Below are positions 7,130 through 15,252 of a stretch of DNA of 46,366 nt, in pieces (the first letter of the stretch is position 1; each line of letters opens with the position of its first letter). A program made the translations under genes and the position numbers. The notes beneath the pieces were generated by a model. The model had not been told where the DNA came from. It made no database searches and was given only the letters and a program-made list of their open reading frames with translations. Origin of the DNA: a virus; IMG/VR virus record IMGVR_UViG_3300025735_000006. The stretch is one strand, 5' to 3'.

Positions 7130-9223
7130 TCAAGAAAAACTCCAATCACCATAAGAAGAGATTATTTTGGTTCTTCCTCCGCTTGTATTTTGAAATTTTA
7201 TCCATCCACCCAATGTTGTGGTTCTGGCTTGGGTTTTGGCAACACCTCCAATAAGTAAATTTAACCCATTGATATTACATCCATTCCCAATTGTTGATGT
7301 GTTAAAATGTAGGCCAATTTTTAATATTCTTAAATCATCAGTGGTATTTATAAAAATAAAATCCGTTGGCGAAATACTTGGGTCTTGCCATATTTCATTA
7401 GGCATACGTAGACTCGATGCTGAGTATTGAGTATGCACATAACTATCCTTGGAATTTATATATGTTCTAGGACCTGCTAGAGAAGCCTGTAATAATTCGT
7501 TATTAGTGTATGGTATAACACCTGATACACTAGCATCAGATACATGAAACCGATAACCGTCAACCGTATAATTTGACCCAATGTCACAAGTAAATGGAGT
7601 AAATCCCACAGTGTGAATATTGTTTATGACAACATTACCTAAAACTTTAGTTGAAAATTCACCATTTAATATACTTGCTATCTCGAAAGTTGAGTCACCA
7701 GTCAAAGGGTAAATATTATCAATCTCAACATTAAGTTTTGAGTCTTTGTGCCACGCCAAAGCAACTTCTTGGAATGTGCTTGATAAATATCTAACATTAT
7801 CAATTTTTACAAATCCAGTGCAATTGCTTGAGCCATGAAACAAACCCAATCCAATGGTTTTTACATTATTAATAATTACATCACCCTGAATATGCATATC
7901 AAAGTTTCTATTATCATAACTACAGTAAAAAAATAATCCATTGTCGCAATTTAAAAATTTTGGATTTGATATAACTCCGTTGTAGCCGTTGGCCTGTGGG
8001 AATCCTTCGGCGCTTTCTAGCTCAACATCAATTCCAGACTTTGGGAAAGCCCCTGTTATGCCATCACTATCTCCAGCGTAAGACAAAATTGGGTCAATAA
8101 TTTTAACATTATCCCATGCTGTTAATGATATGCAGTTTCTTCTAGCATGGTCACAAACAGGTCGAACAATAGTGATGTTTTTAGGCAATAACTCTTGATT
8201 GCTACCCCACGGCTTTCCTATGTATATATTATCCCCATGGCACTGGGAGACTTTTGGTTCAAATATATAACCATCCGAGCACTCATACAGTGCTATCCCA
8301 TAACCGAAGCCTTGAGCATCAGAAGATGGGGGTAAAAATGTATTTGAAAGACGATCACCTGTAATTTTTGAAGAAATAATTTTAAAATCACTGATGCGCA
8401 TACAAAGTAAAATATTGCTTTGGTTTTTGTTTTGGTTGATTTGAATTAATTCTCCAGCTGGAGAATATATCAACCATGAATTATTCCGAATAATAATACT
8501 GTTATTTGGAATGCCAAATAAAGTTTGATTAGCTTCTACATAGAATTTATCATCAATAATAAACGGTCTACCCTTAGAAACAGCATAATCGTATCCAGTC
8601 TGCAAAGAAAGTGACTGGTCTGCACTTGGGGTGTTTGACTGTGCAAACCAAGATGCGTAATAAACATCCTGATTTTCCATCTCCCACTTACCAACCACTG
8701 TTACCCCATTTGATGGTTCAGTTAGGCTAGCATTATATATGTAAGATTTCTGCAATGATTTAACAAATGCAATTTGCCCATCCTTTGGATTATTTATGGA
8801 AAGCAAGTCAGGCGGCGTGTCAACTTCTTTTTTTAAGTCCTTTAGTTTCCACCCTGTTAAATCAGAATTTGGGTTGTTTGTATTGTTTGCAACAATATTA
8901 ACAACTTTTGTCAGACCATCAGACAATACTAATTCAGATCCAATTGGATATCCGCCAATTAAATCTGAATAAGATTGATCAAATTCATATGATAAGCCTT
9001 TGTTTAGGTGGACAATGTGTTGGCCATATAAATTAAGAATACCATTAAAATCATTTCTTTCAGGTGGAATACCACCTTCAGAAATCTTCTGTTGGGTAAT
9101 TGGCGGGAATCCAATATCATTAGATGCCAATTGCGGTTTGCTAGGATCCGTATTGATATTTGGAATTATATTTTTATCACCATTTTCAGCAAATGGTGTT
9201 GTAACTAAAGTTGGATTTGTCAT
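7130..9223 (-). CDS. Tailspike with a pectate-lyase-like beta-helix (putative capsule depolymerase)
   Basis: N-terminal PFAENGDKN..GGIPPERNDFNGIL anchor is shared with 9225..10043. Central repetitive beta-helix-like segments (GFGYGIALYECSDGYIF, HGDNIYIG, RRNCISLTAWDNV). Confidence 0.7.
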   Translation of the reverse strand: MTNPTLVTTPFAENGDKNIIPNINTDPSKPQLASNDIGFPPITQQKISEGGIPPERNDFNGILNLYGQHIVHLNKGLSYEFDQSYSDLIGGYPIGSELVLSDGLTKVVNIVANNTNNPNSDLTGWKLKDLKKEVDTPPDLLSINNPKDGQIAFVKSLQKSYIYNASLTEPSNGVTVVGKWEMENQDVYYASWFAQSNTPSADQSLSLQTGYDYAVSKGRPFIIDDKFYVEANQTLFGIPNNSIIIRNNSWLIYSPAGELIQINQNKNQSNILLCMRISDFKIISSKITGDRLSNTFLPPSSDAQGFGYGIALYECSDGYIFEPKVSQCHGDNIYIGKPWGSNQELLPKNITIVRPVCDHARRNCISLTAWDNVKIIDPILSYAGDSDGITGAFPKSGIDVELESAEGFPQANGYNGVISNPKFLNCDNGLFFYCSYDNRNFDMHIQGDVIINNVKTIGLGLFHGSSNCTGFVKIDNVRYLSSTFQEVALAWHKDSKLNVEIDNIYPLTGDSTFEIASILNGEFSTKVLGNVVINNIHTVGFTPFTCDIGSNYTVDGYRFHVSDASVSGVIPYTNNELLQASLAGPRTYINSKDSYVHTQYSASSLRMPNEIWQDPSISPTDFIFINTTDDLRILKIGLHFNTSTIGNGCNINGLNLLIGGVAKTQARTTTLGGWIKFQNTSGGRTKIISSYGDWSFS

Positions 9224-9224
9224 A

Positions 9225-10043
9225 TCAATACCCTATTGCAAACCATGAGATATTTAATTGATTGGCTGTGCCATTTCTCAAAATTAGGCCATTTTTGGTC
9301 CAAGTTACACCACAGCCAGCATCCGCAAAAGAGTCAAAAGTAACACTATTTAATGTTGCTTGAGCATTTAAACAAATGTTTGGAAATGCAACTGGAAATA
9401 ATATATTAGCATTCGAGTCGGCATTGACGGGATTAGAGCCCCATTTAAAAATAAACGTAACATCGCCAAGTGGTATTTTTAACCCTTCAATATTTAAATT
9501 GAATCTTGACAATATATCGCCAATAACTCTACCCTGTGCTGCACTAAGGGCGGAACCAATGTCGTTACTATTCAAAGAATTAATAACTTTTGTTACACCA
9601 GCAGTTGTGCTAGTTGCAGCTGGAACACTACCAGATCCTGCATAAATTGCCCAGTTGGCGCCAGTTCCGTTATTAGGATTGCTTGTGTTTAAATCTATAA
9701 GACTAATAAATTCTCTTGTTCCATCATCAGACTGAACAATAGCATCCTTATTATAACCACCATAGTTTGTAATTACATTTTGAGAGAACTTATAGCGATT
9801 ACCATTTTGACCATATACAGCATTGTCACTTAATGCGTAAAAAATACCGTTAAAATCCTGCCCTTTTGGCGGCTTTCCTCCCGCCTCAATTGGCGTGAAA
9901 GTAATAGCCTCCCAACCTGTAAGCCAAGTTGCATCTTGCGGATCCTGTCCAGTCTGCCTTGCTTTTTCAATAGCATTTTTAATGCCATTCACCGCGAATG
10001 GAGCGGGAATAAAAATAGGGTTAGCCACTATAGAAAACTCCAT
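9225..10043 (-). CDS. Tail fibre protein (272 aa)
   Basis: PFAVNGIKN..GGKPPKGQDFNGIF anchor motif. Located after the baseplate genes. Confidence 0.65.
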   Translation of the reverse strand: MEFSIVANPIFIPAPFAVNGIKNAIEKARQTGQDPQDATWLTGWEAITFTPIEAGGKPPKGQDFNGIFYALSDNAVYGQNGNRYKFSQNVITNYGGYNKDAIVQSDDGTREFISLIDLNTSNPNNGTGANWAIYAGSGSVPAATSTTAGVTKVINSLNSNDIGSALSAAQGRVIGDILSRFNLNIEGLKIPLGDVTFIFKWGSNPVNADSNANILFPVAFPNICLNAQATLNSVTFDSFADAGCGVTWTKNGLILRNGTANQLNISWFAIGY

Positions 10044-10647
10044 TGTTAAAGTTGCTTAGTTCTGAATTGTTAAAACCAAGGGTTCTATCCACATCAATCT
10101 CTTTGTATGAGATACCAACTCCACAGGGTTTTGGTAGCATATCTAAGCCATATACCACTAGCTTATCAAAATCTGTTAATGAAAACTCAAAAACATATTC
10201 GGCAGACATATGCCCTATAATATTGTAATAAGCTCTACGCCCACCAAAAACCATAAGCAAGAACTGATTAATATTTAAAGCAGTTGCATATAGAATATTT
10301 TTAGCTGCCTTAATGATAATTAGCTTTCTAAAGTCTTCATCTGGAAGCTGATAAGATGAAAAAGCACCACCATCAGAAAATGGAAATGTGTTAAATGGTT
10401 GGAATGCTGGATCAAAGCCAAAATATTTAGAATTTGGATCAACCATTGGAACGTTACGAGATACGCCAACCTTTTCAGCCCAAATATCCAATCCAAAACC
10501 TTTTGCGGTTGATAGGCTATAAACATACTTATAGAAATCCTCAATAAAATACTGAGGATCGATTGCATCATTAATACCCTTAATCAATGCCAATATCGTA
10601 GGGCTATTGGCATATTGAGTCATAATTGTATTTTTAATATTCTGCAT
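10021..10647 (-). CDS. Baseplate wedge / fibre-attachment protein (DUF2612-like)
   Basis: YANSPTILALIKGINDAIDP N-terminus. Located directly after the J-like gene. Confidence 0.5.
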   Translation of the reverse strand: MQNIKNTIMTQYANSPTILALIKGINDAIDPQYFIEDFYKYVYSLSTAKGFGLDIWAEKVGVSRNVPMVDPNSKYFGFDPAFQPFNTFPFSDGGAFSSYQLPDEDFRKLIIIKAAKNILYATALNINQFLLMVFGGRRAYYNIIGHMSAEYVFEFSLTDFDKLVVYGLDMLPKPCGVGISYKEIDVDRTLGFNNSELSNFNNGVFYSG

Positions 10648-11831
10648 TAGCTTTCCTCAATAGAAATTCTAAACGCATTCAAAGATGGGAATTGATCAAG
10701 CCCTATTGGTAACTCATCCAGCCATGTTGTGCCATTAAAACTAGCCACAATTCCTTTTAATCCTATTGAAGGAAGTCCACAAATAAAAGATGCTGGAATA
10801 ACATTTTTATTAATTCTAAAGCGATTTTCACCAGATGCAGAACTTTGCAAAATATGATTTTTCACTTCTGATTCAGTTGCAAACGAGATTGTAGATCTAT
10901 CCTGTACAATAACCTTAATGTAAATATCTTTAAATTCAGGCCGTAAAATTTTAATTGGATATGTTGGCGGTGTGTGATCATAACCGTCTGCGATTACAGT
11001 AACGTCCGTATTGCCATTCCAAGAACAACCAGTGCCAGCTTTAATAAATGCAGCTTTTGCCACATCGTAATCATTTCCACCAACCACAGAAACAACAATA
11101 GAGTTGCGAATAGCTGAATAATTGGTAACACCAAAAGTCACAGTCGCATCAGTAGGATTTGAAATAACATAAGCGTCTACAACATCACGTACAGCTAGTA
11201 CAGCACCTTTTGTTGCTTCATCTGTCATTTTTGCATTAATAGCTACTGACTCTTTTCGGCGAATATTAAAATCAACACGGCTTTCTTCATCATAACCCAT
11301 CACCGCACTATCCTCATTGTAGACACGATCAAGGCCATTTAATGCAGTTGGGATAATAGTAATTGAGTTTGGTAGCGCCTCAATTGCTCCAGCAATCTGA
11401 CAAATACATTCAATTGTTACTTTGCCATCAACACCAATGTTGTAAGATCCAACTGTCGACCAATCTCTACCAGCCACATCACGAACAACAAAACCCTCTG
11501 GAATTGTTGCGCCAGATAAGCCCTCAAATACAACAGGGCACACTGATTTTGTAGCAAGTTTACGAGTTAAGAAATATAGCTCAGCAATAGCATCTTGCCA
11601 AATACCAGATGCATAGCGCGGATCAAATTGATTACCCAGAGAAATCAAATTGTCGTATGCATCCTTGATCATAGCCGTCCATGACGTTACAAATTGGTAT
11701 TGAACTGTGCCTTGCACTCTTGAGACATTACCACCAAAAGCAGCATCAACCATCTGCCACAGGCCGTCACTAATTTCTTGTGTAGTCGGGGCTACATATC
11801 CAACATCTGTTATTTCAATCTTTGGGATCAT
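10647..11831 (-). CDS. Baseplate J-like protein
   Basis: 394 aa. Synteny W-like -> J-like -> wedge -> fibres, with overlapping start/stop codons. Confidence 0.6.
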   Translation of the reverse strand: MIPKIEITDVGYVAPTTQEISDGLWQMVDAAFGGNVSRVQGTVQYQFVTSWTAMIKDAYDNLISLGNQFDPRYASGIWQDAIAELYFLTRKLATKSVCPVVFEGLSGATIPEGFVVRDVAGRDWSTVGSYNIGVDGKVTIECICQIAGAIEALPNSITIIPTALNGLDRVYNEDSAVMGYDEESRVDFNIRRKESVAINAKMTDEATKGAVLAVRDVVDAYVISNPTDATVTFGVTNYSAIRNSIVVSVVGGNDYDVAKAAFIKAGTGCSWNGNTDVTVIADGYDHTPPTYPIKILRPEFKDIYIKVIVQDRSTISFATESEVKNHILQSSASGENRFRINKNVIPASFICGLPSIGLKGIVASFNGTTWLDELPIGLDQFPSLNAFRISIEES

Positions 11832-12187
11832 AAACCCACCGTTCCACTAAGGTTTTGTTCGTTTGTAAATTCGATAGCACCACGTAAAAGACGGCTTTCA
11901 CGTTCTAATGGGTATAGTTTAACATCAACCGAAACAACACCATCAACCAACATTGAACGATCATATAAGTGACGCTGATATAGAGATATAGGATATCCGG
12001 ATTTTCCTAATATAGACTCTAAATACGGGATGCCATCAGTTTTATTGAAATAATCATCGCCATAAAAAACACGGCATGATGATGCAATATCTTGGGCTTG
12101 TTGGTATGTGTCGGTAGCAATGGCAATATTACCTTGCGTATCCAAGGTTAAATCCCACGTATCAGGGCGTAAAAATAATGTTTTCAT
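11828..12187 (-). CDS. Baseplate wedge protein (gp25/W or Mu gp46-like)
   Basis: 119 aa. TWDLTLDTQGNIAI motif and synteny. Confidence 0.5.
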   Translation of the reverse strand: MKTLFLRPDTWDLTLDTQGNIAIATDTYQQAQDIASSCRVFYGDDYFNKTDGIPYLESILGKSGYPISLYQRHLYDRSMLVDGVVSVDVKLYPLERESRLLRGAIEFTNEQNLSGTVGL

Positions 12188-12327
12188 TCAATAACCCCTA
12201 GTAGCTTTCCAAAGAATACCAATGTAAAAAATATGGCAGTAGCAATAACCATATTTCTAGCAATTGCCTGAACAGCAAAAGCCGTAACAAAACCACAAAA
12301 TATTAGAAAAACTTCATATAAAGTCAT
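12184..12327 (-). CDS. Small hydrophobic protein (47 aa), absent from the ORF track
   Basis: ATGA overlaps at both ends (12324..12327 and 12184..12187). MTLYEVFLIFCGFVTAFAVQAIARNMVIATAIFFTLVFFGKLLGVIE. Confidence 0.45.
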   Translation of the reverse strand: MTLYEVFLIFCGFVTAFAVQAIARNMVIATAIFFTLVFFGKLLGVIE

Positions 12328-12986
12328 TTTGGTTCGCCTGTATCGCTAGGGCCAGTTTGTACGCCACCATGTCTATGTGTAAATAAGCTAATAGTTTTTG
12401 CAATAACATCGGTTAAAGATTTGATAACACCTGAAGCTGTGAAGTTACCAGTCGCCTCAATTTCTGGAGCATCAAGAATAATCTTTGCTTTAGCCTTTAT
12501 CTTAACATTATCACCATCAAACCATATATATTGATCAGGTGTTTCTTTAGACCAGCCACCAAAAAAGAAAGCATCTGATTCTTGAGCGATTCTAAATACA
12601 TTCATTGACGCCTTAGATCTATTTCTTTTTACAAGAGATATATCCCTGCTTGCAAAAGAACAAAAACCTATATCGCCTTCTTGTGGATCAGTAATGACGG
12701 CATTCTTGCCGCCTTGCAGCCTAAAATATGGCACATTGTGAATAATGGCTTGCTCAATGTTTTCATTGTCTGCTGTGATACGCATAAGCATTGGTTTTAC
12801 AGATACAAAACCAACAGGCCCAACACCACCACTTTCAACGCCAACAACTTCAACAACCTCACCAAAGTTTAGGCGTGACAAAATAGAGATAACATTTTGT
12901 TGAAACTCAGCACCGCCGCCAAGTTGATTAATGTTGTATAGACTAGCGTTGGACTGCTGCATCTTTAGAATCTCTCCATGTTGCAT
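12324..12986 (-). CDS. Baseplate central spike (P2 gpV / Mu gp45-like)
   Basis: C-terminal THRHGGVQTGPSDTGEP motif. The true start may be the ATG at 12962. Confidence 0.7.
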   Translation of the reverse strand: MQHGEILKMQQSNASLYNINQLGGGAEFQQNVISILSRLNFGEVVEVVGVESGGVGPVGFVSVKPMLMRITADNENIEQAIIHNVPYFRLQGGKNAVITDPQEGDIGFCSFASRDISLVKRNRSKASMNVFRIAQESDAFFFGGWSKETPDQYIWFDGDNVKIKAKAKIILDAPEIEATGNFTASGVIKSLTDVIAKTISLFTHRHGGVQTGPSDTGEPK

Positions 12987-13833
12987 TTACAGAACTATGC
13001 CATTTACCTTGTGGAATATTGGCCTCTAATGTTGAGACAAGACCATATATACGCCAGTCTGCATTAGCAATTTCAATTAAGCTATCTTTAATGGTGATGA
13101 TGCCACCAAACTTAATCATTGGATCATATAAGCAATTAAACGATATGCCGCGCTGGTCTGGCTCTGGATATCCATCTAATGTTCTGTTTTTTGGTGTAAC
13201 TATAGGTATCTTAACAGGTCTAGCTGTGCCTTTCTTGCAAATCACGATTAAGCCTTGTTCAACATATAAATCGAAGTCGCACATATATGCCAGCTTCTCA
13301 ATTTTTTCTAAATTAGATCCATTTAATGATGTGTCTGTCAGAATATGACTTGCGCCATTATTCTCGAACTGATAGCCCATATCTCTAGCTAAGAAGCTAA
13401 TGATTTCGGCAGCATCTACTTCTTCACCTTTTGGAATAGTAAATGGTGGTGTAGCTTTCATTTTTTCAACTACTGCCATCTGACTTGTAATTACAAGTCC
13501 AACGTTTGGCGCAGCATTCATATTAATCGTAGCAAAAGTAATATTACCTTCATAGGCTTTAGTTAGTTCCCCACCCTGTTCCCCTACTTCAATTTTTACT
13601 GTATTTAAGATTGCACTCATCGTATTCCACTGGACACGAAATAAGGGAGCCATAGAAGACATTGGCAAACCATAAATAGTGATTTGTGCGGTAGGGGATA
13701 TAGCGCCATTGCCGTATGTAATATTTGTTGATATGGCTAATCCAGTAGATTGAAGCCTATTATCACCTTGAGCGGTAAATGTTTTTGTTCCATCCGCTAA
13801 AGTTAATGTAACTCGTATAATCTTTTTACGCAT
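12943..13833 (-). CDS. Baseplate hub / tail-associated protein
   Basis: 296 aa. Position between the tape-measure-distal genes and the spike. Confidence 0.4.
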   Translation of the reverse strand: MRKKIIRVTLTLADGTKTFTAQGDNRLQSTGLAISTNITYGNGAISPTAQITIYGLPMSSMAPLFRVQWNTMSAILNTVKIEVGEQGGELTKAYEGNITFATINMNAAPNVGLVITSQMAVVEKMKATPPFTIPKGEEVDAAEIISFLARDMGYQFENNGASHILTDTSLNGSNLEKIEKLAYMCDFDLYVEQGLIVICKKGTARPVKIPIVTPKNRTLDGYPEPDQRGISFNCLYDPMIKFGGIITIKDSLIEIANADWRIYGLVSTLEANIPQGKWHSSVNATWRDSKDAAVQR

Positions 13834-13834
13834 G

Positions 13835-13857
13835 AAAAAGCCCTCATATTAAGGGCT
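13835..13857 (-). terminator. Terminator-like hairpin closing the moron. Its 3' arm carries the SD of the next gene.
   Basis: Minus strand reads AGCCCT-TAATATG-AGGGCT TTTTC ATG (ATG = 13833). Confidence 0.6.
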
Positions 13858-13874
13858 ATTTTATCACAATAAAT

Positions 13875-14309
13875 TTATTTATCTTCTTTTAGCTTTTCTA
13901 GCTTATTTTCGATAACTTCAAGAACATCAGATCCAATTTTTTGAACTCTATCATTAGTTGCTATTTGCTCTGTAGCATAAGCACCCGCCATAATGTAAAT
14001 CGTTTTTTCAGATGGGATTAGTATTGAAATTAATCCAGACAAGAAACATACAATTGATAATGAAATCATTAATCTTTTGAATAGCTTTCTATTTTTTGGA
14101 ACTTGTTCATTATGTTCTTTAATCTCATCTTCACTTTCCCATGAATAAGATTTATGTTTTTTATTTAAAAACTCAAAATCTTTTCCAGAAATTAAAACAA
14201 AAAGTCCAGCCATAAGTACAAAAGAAAATGTTAGTAATGCAAAAAAACCTAAAATAGCAGAGACGCCATGAGATATATTTGCTAAATAAACCAATAAAGC
14301 TAATTTCAT
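13875..14309 (-). CDS. Moron-encoded two-pass membrane protein with an amphipathic C-terminus (144 aa)
   Basis: Hydrophobic helices SAILGFFALLTFSFVLMAGLFVLI and MISLSIVCFLSGLISILI. Has its own promoter and terminator. Confidence 0.7.
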   Translation of the reverse strand: MKLALLVYLANISHGVSAILGFFALLTFSFVLMAGLFVLISGKDFEFLNKKHKSYSWESEDEIKEHNEQVPKNRKLFKRLMISLSIVCFLSGLISILIPSEKTIYIMAGAYATEQIATNDRVQKIGSDVLEVIENKLEKLKEDK

Positions 14310-14324
14310 TTTTAAACCCTGTTT

Positions 14325-14351
14325 GAATTGATATAATCACTATATCAATTC
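14325..14351. promoter_or_regulatory. Perfect 11-bp inverted repeat (operator-like) over the moron promoter
   Basis: gaattgatata (14325..14335), atcac spacer, tatatcaattc (14341..14351). Confidence 0.7.
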
Positions 14352-14367
14352 GCTACAGTAAATGCAA
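14339..14367 (-). promoter_or_regulatory. Sigma70-type promoter of the moron
   Basis: Minus strand reads TTGCAT (14362..14367)-17 nt-TATAGT (14339..14344). The spacer contains TAGCGAAT. Confidence 0.6.
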
Positions 14368-14372
14368 TAGGG

Positions 14373-14648
14373 TTAAACTTCATCTGTCCAAATTAATAAA
14401 TATCTTGTGCCAAGCAAATCATAAGTTGGATCACTATTGCCTTCAATATCTACAAATACAAATCCATGACCAAGATAAGTACGATCAAGGCAAACACGAT
14501 TAGCCAATACAAGACCATCAGTTCTATTAGATAAACTGATATAAAGCTTGCCAAGTCTATCATTAATAGTGATTTCCCATGTTTCGCCATTTAAAGCGGT
14601 TGTAAAAAATTGGTTCGGTAGCGCTGCCACTGGTAATTCATATTGCAT
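14373..14648 (-). CDS. Small tail/baseplate protein (91 aa)
   Basis: Position in the tail module. No diagnostic motif. Confidence 0.5.
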   Translation of the reverse strand: MQYELPVAALPNQFFTTALNGETWEITINDRLGKLYISLSNRTDGLVLANRVCLDRTYLGHGFVFVDIEGNSDPTYDLLGTRYLLIWTDEV

Positions 14649-14651
14649 ATA

Positions 14652-15242
14652 TCACCCGAAAATATCTTGTAAAATACTTGTACGTGGTTTAGATTCTTTA
14701 GCCCCACCATCTACCGTATTAGCATCGCTTGGATTTTTAACTTCTTCAATAGAATAATCCACTTTAGCTTCTAGCACTTCTTCAAGCGCAACATTGATTG
14801 TTAACATTGTTGCGCCATCTTGGGCGGTTCTTGCATAGGTAAACCCTGTGATCTGGTAATTCAGATAAACCACCTCTGGACTAACAATATTAAAGCCAAT
14901 AGTGGATTTTTCGTAGAGCTTGATTTGAGTCAATACCGAGCCACGCTCAAGTGGACCACCACTACCTTTTAGAAATTGAACAACACAGCTTGACGGCATA
15001 CTCACTTTGTTGTATGAGGCAAATGCCCCTTTCTCTACTGGGTATTTTGCAATATCGGAGTTTGACTGATATTCCAATGCAGCAACACTATCTACCTGAA
15101 GAATAGGAAATCCAAAATCATTAAATATCCCCCATACTTTTCCAAAAACGCCATTAATTAAAGCAGCGCCGCCAAGTGAAATACCAACATTTGTTAATAC
15201 TTCTGGAGCTATGAAATTTGGAATACTTGGCATACCGTCCAT
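14652..15242 (-). CDS. Tail/baseplate assembly protein following the tape measure
   Basis: 196 aa. YPVEKGAF..GGPLERGSVL pattern is loosely like Mu gp43 N-terminal-type hub proteins. Confidence 0.4.
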   Translation of the reverse strand: MDGMPSIPNFIAPEVLTNVGISLGGAALINGVFGKVWGIFNDFGFPILQVDSVAALEYQSNSDIAKYPVEKGAFASYNKVSMPSSCVVQFLKGSGGPLERGSVLTQIKLYEKSTIGFNIVSPEVVYLNYQITGFTYARTAQDGATMLTINVALEEVLEAKVDYSIEEVKNPSDANTVDGGAKESKPRTSILQDIFG

Positions 15243-15252
15243 ACATTACTCC

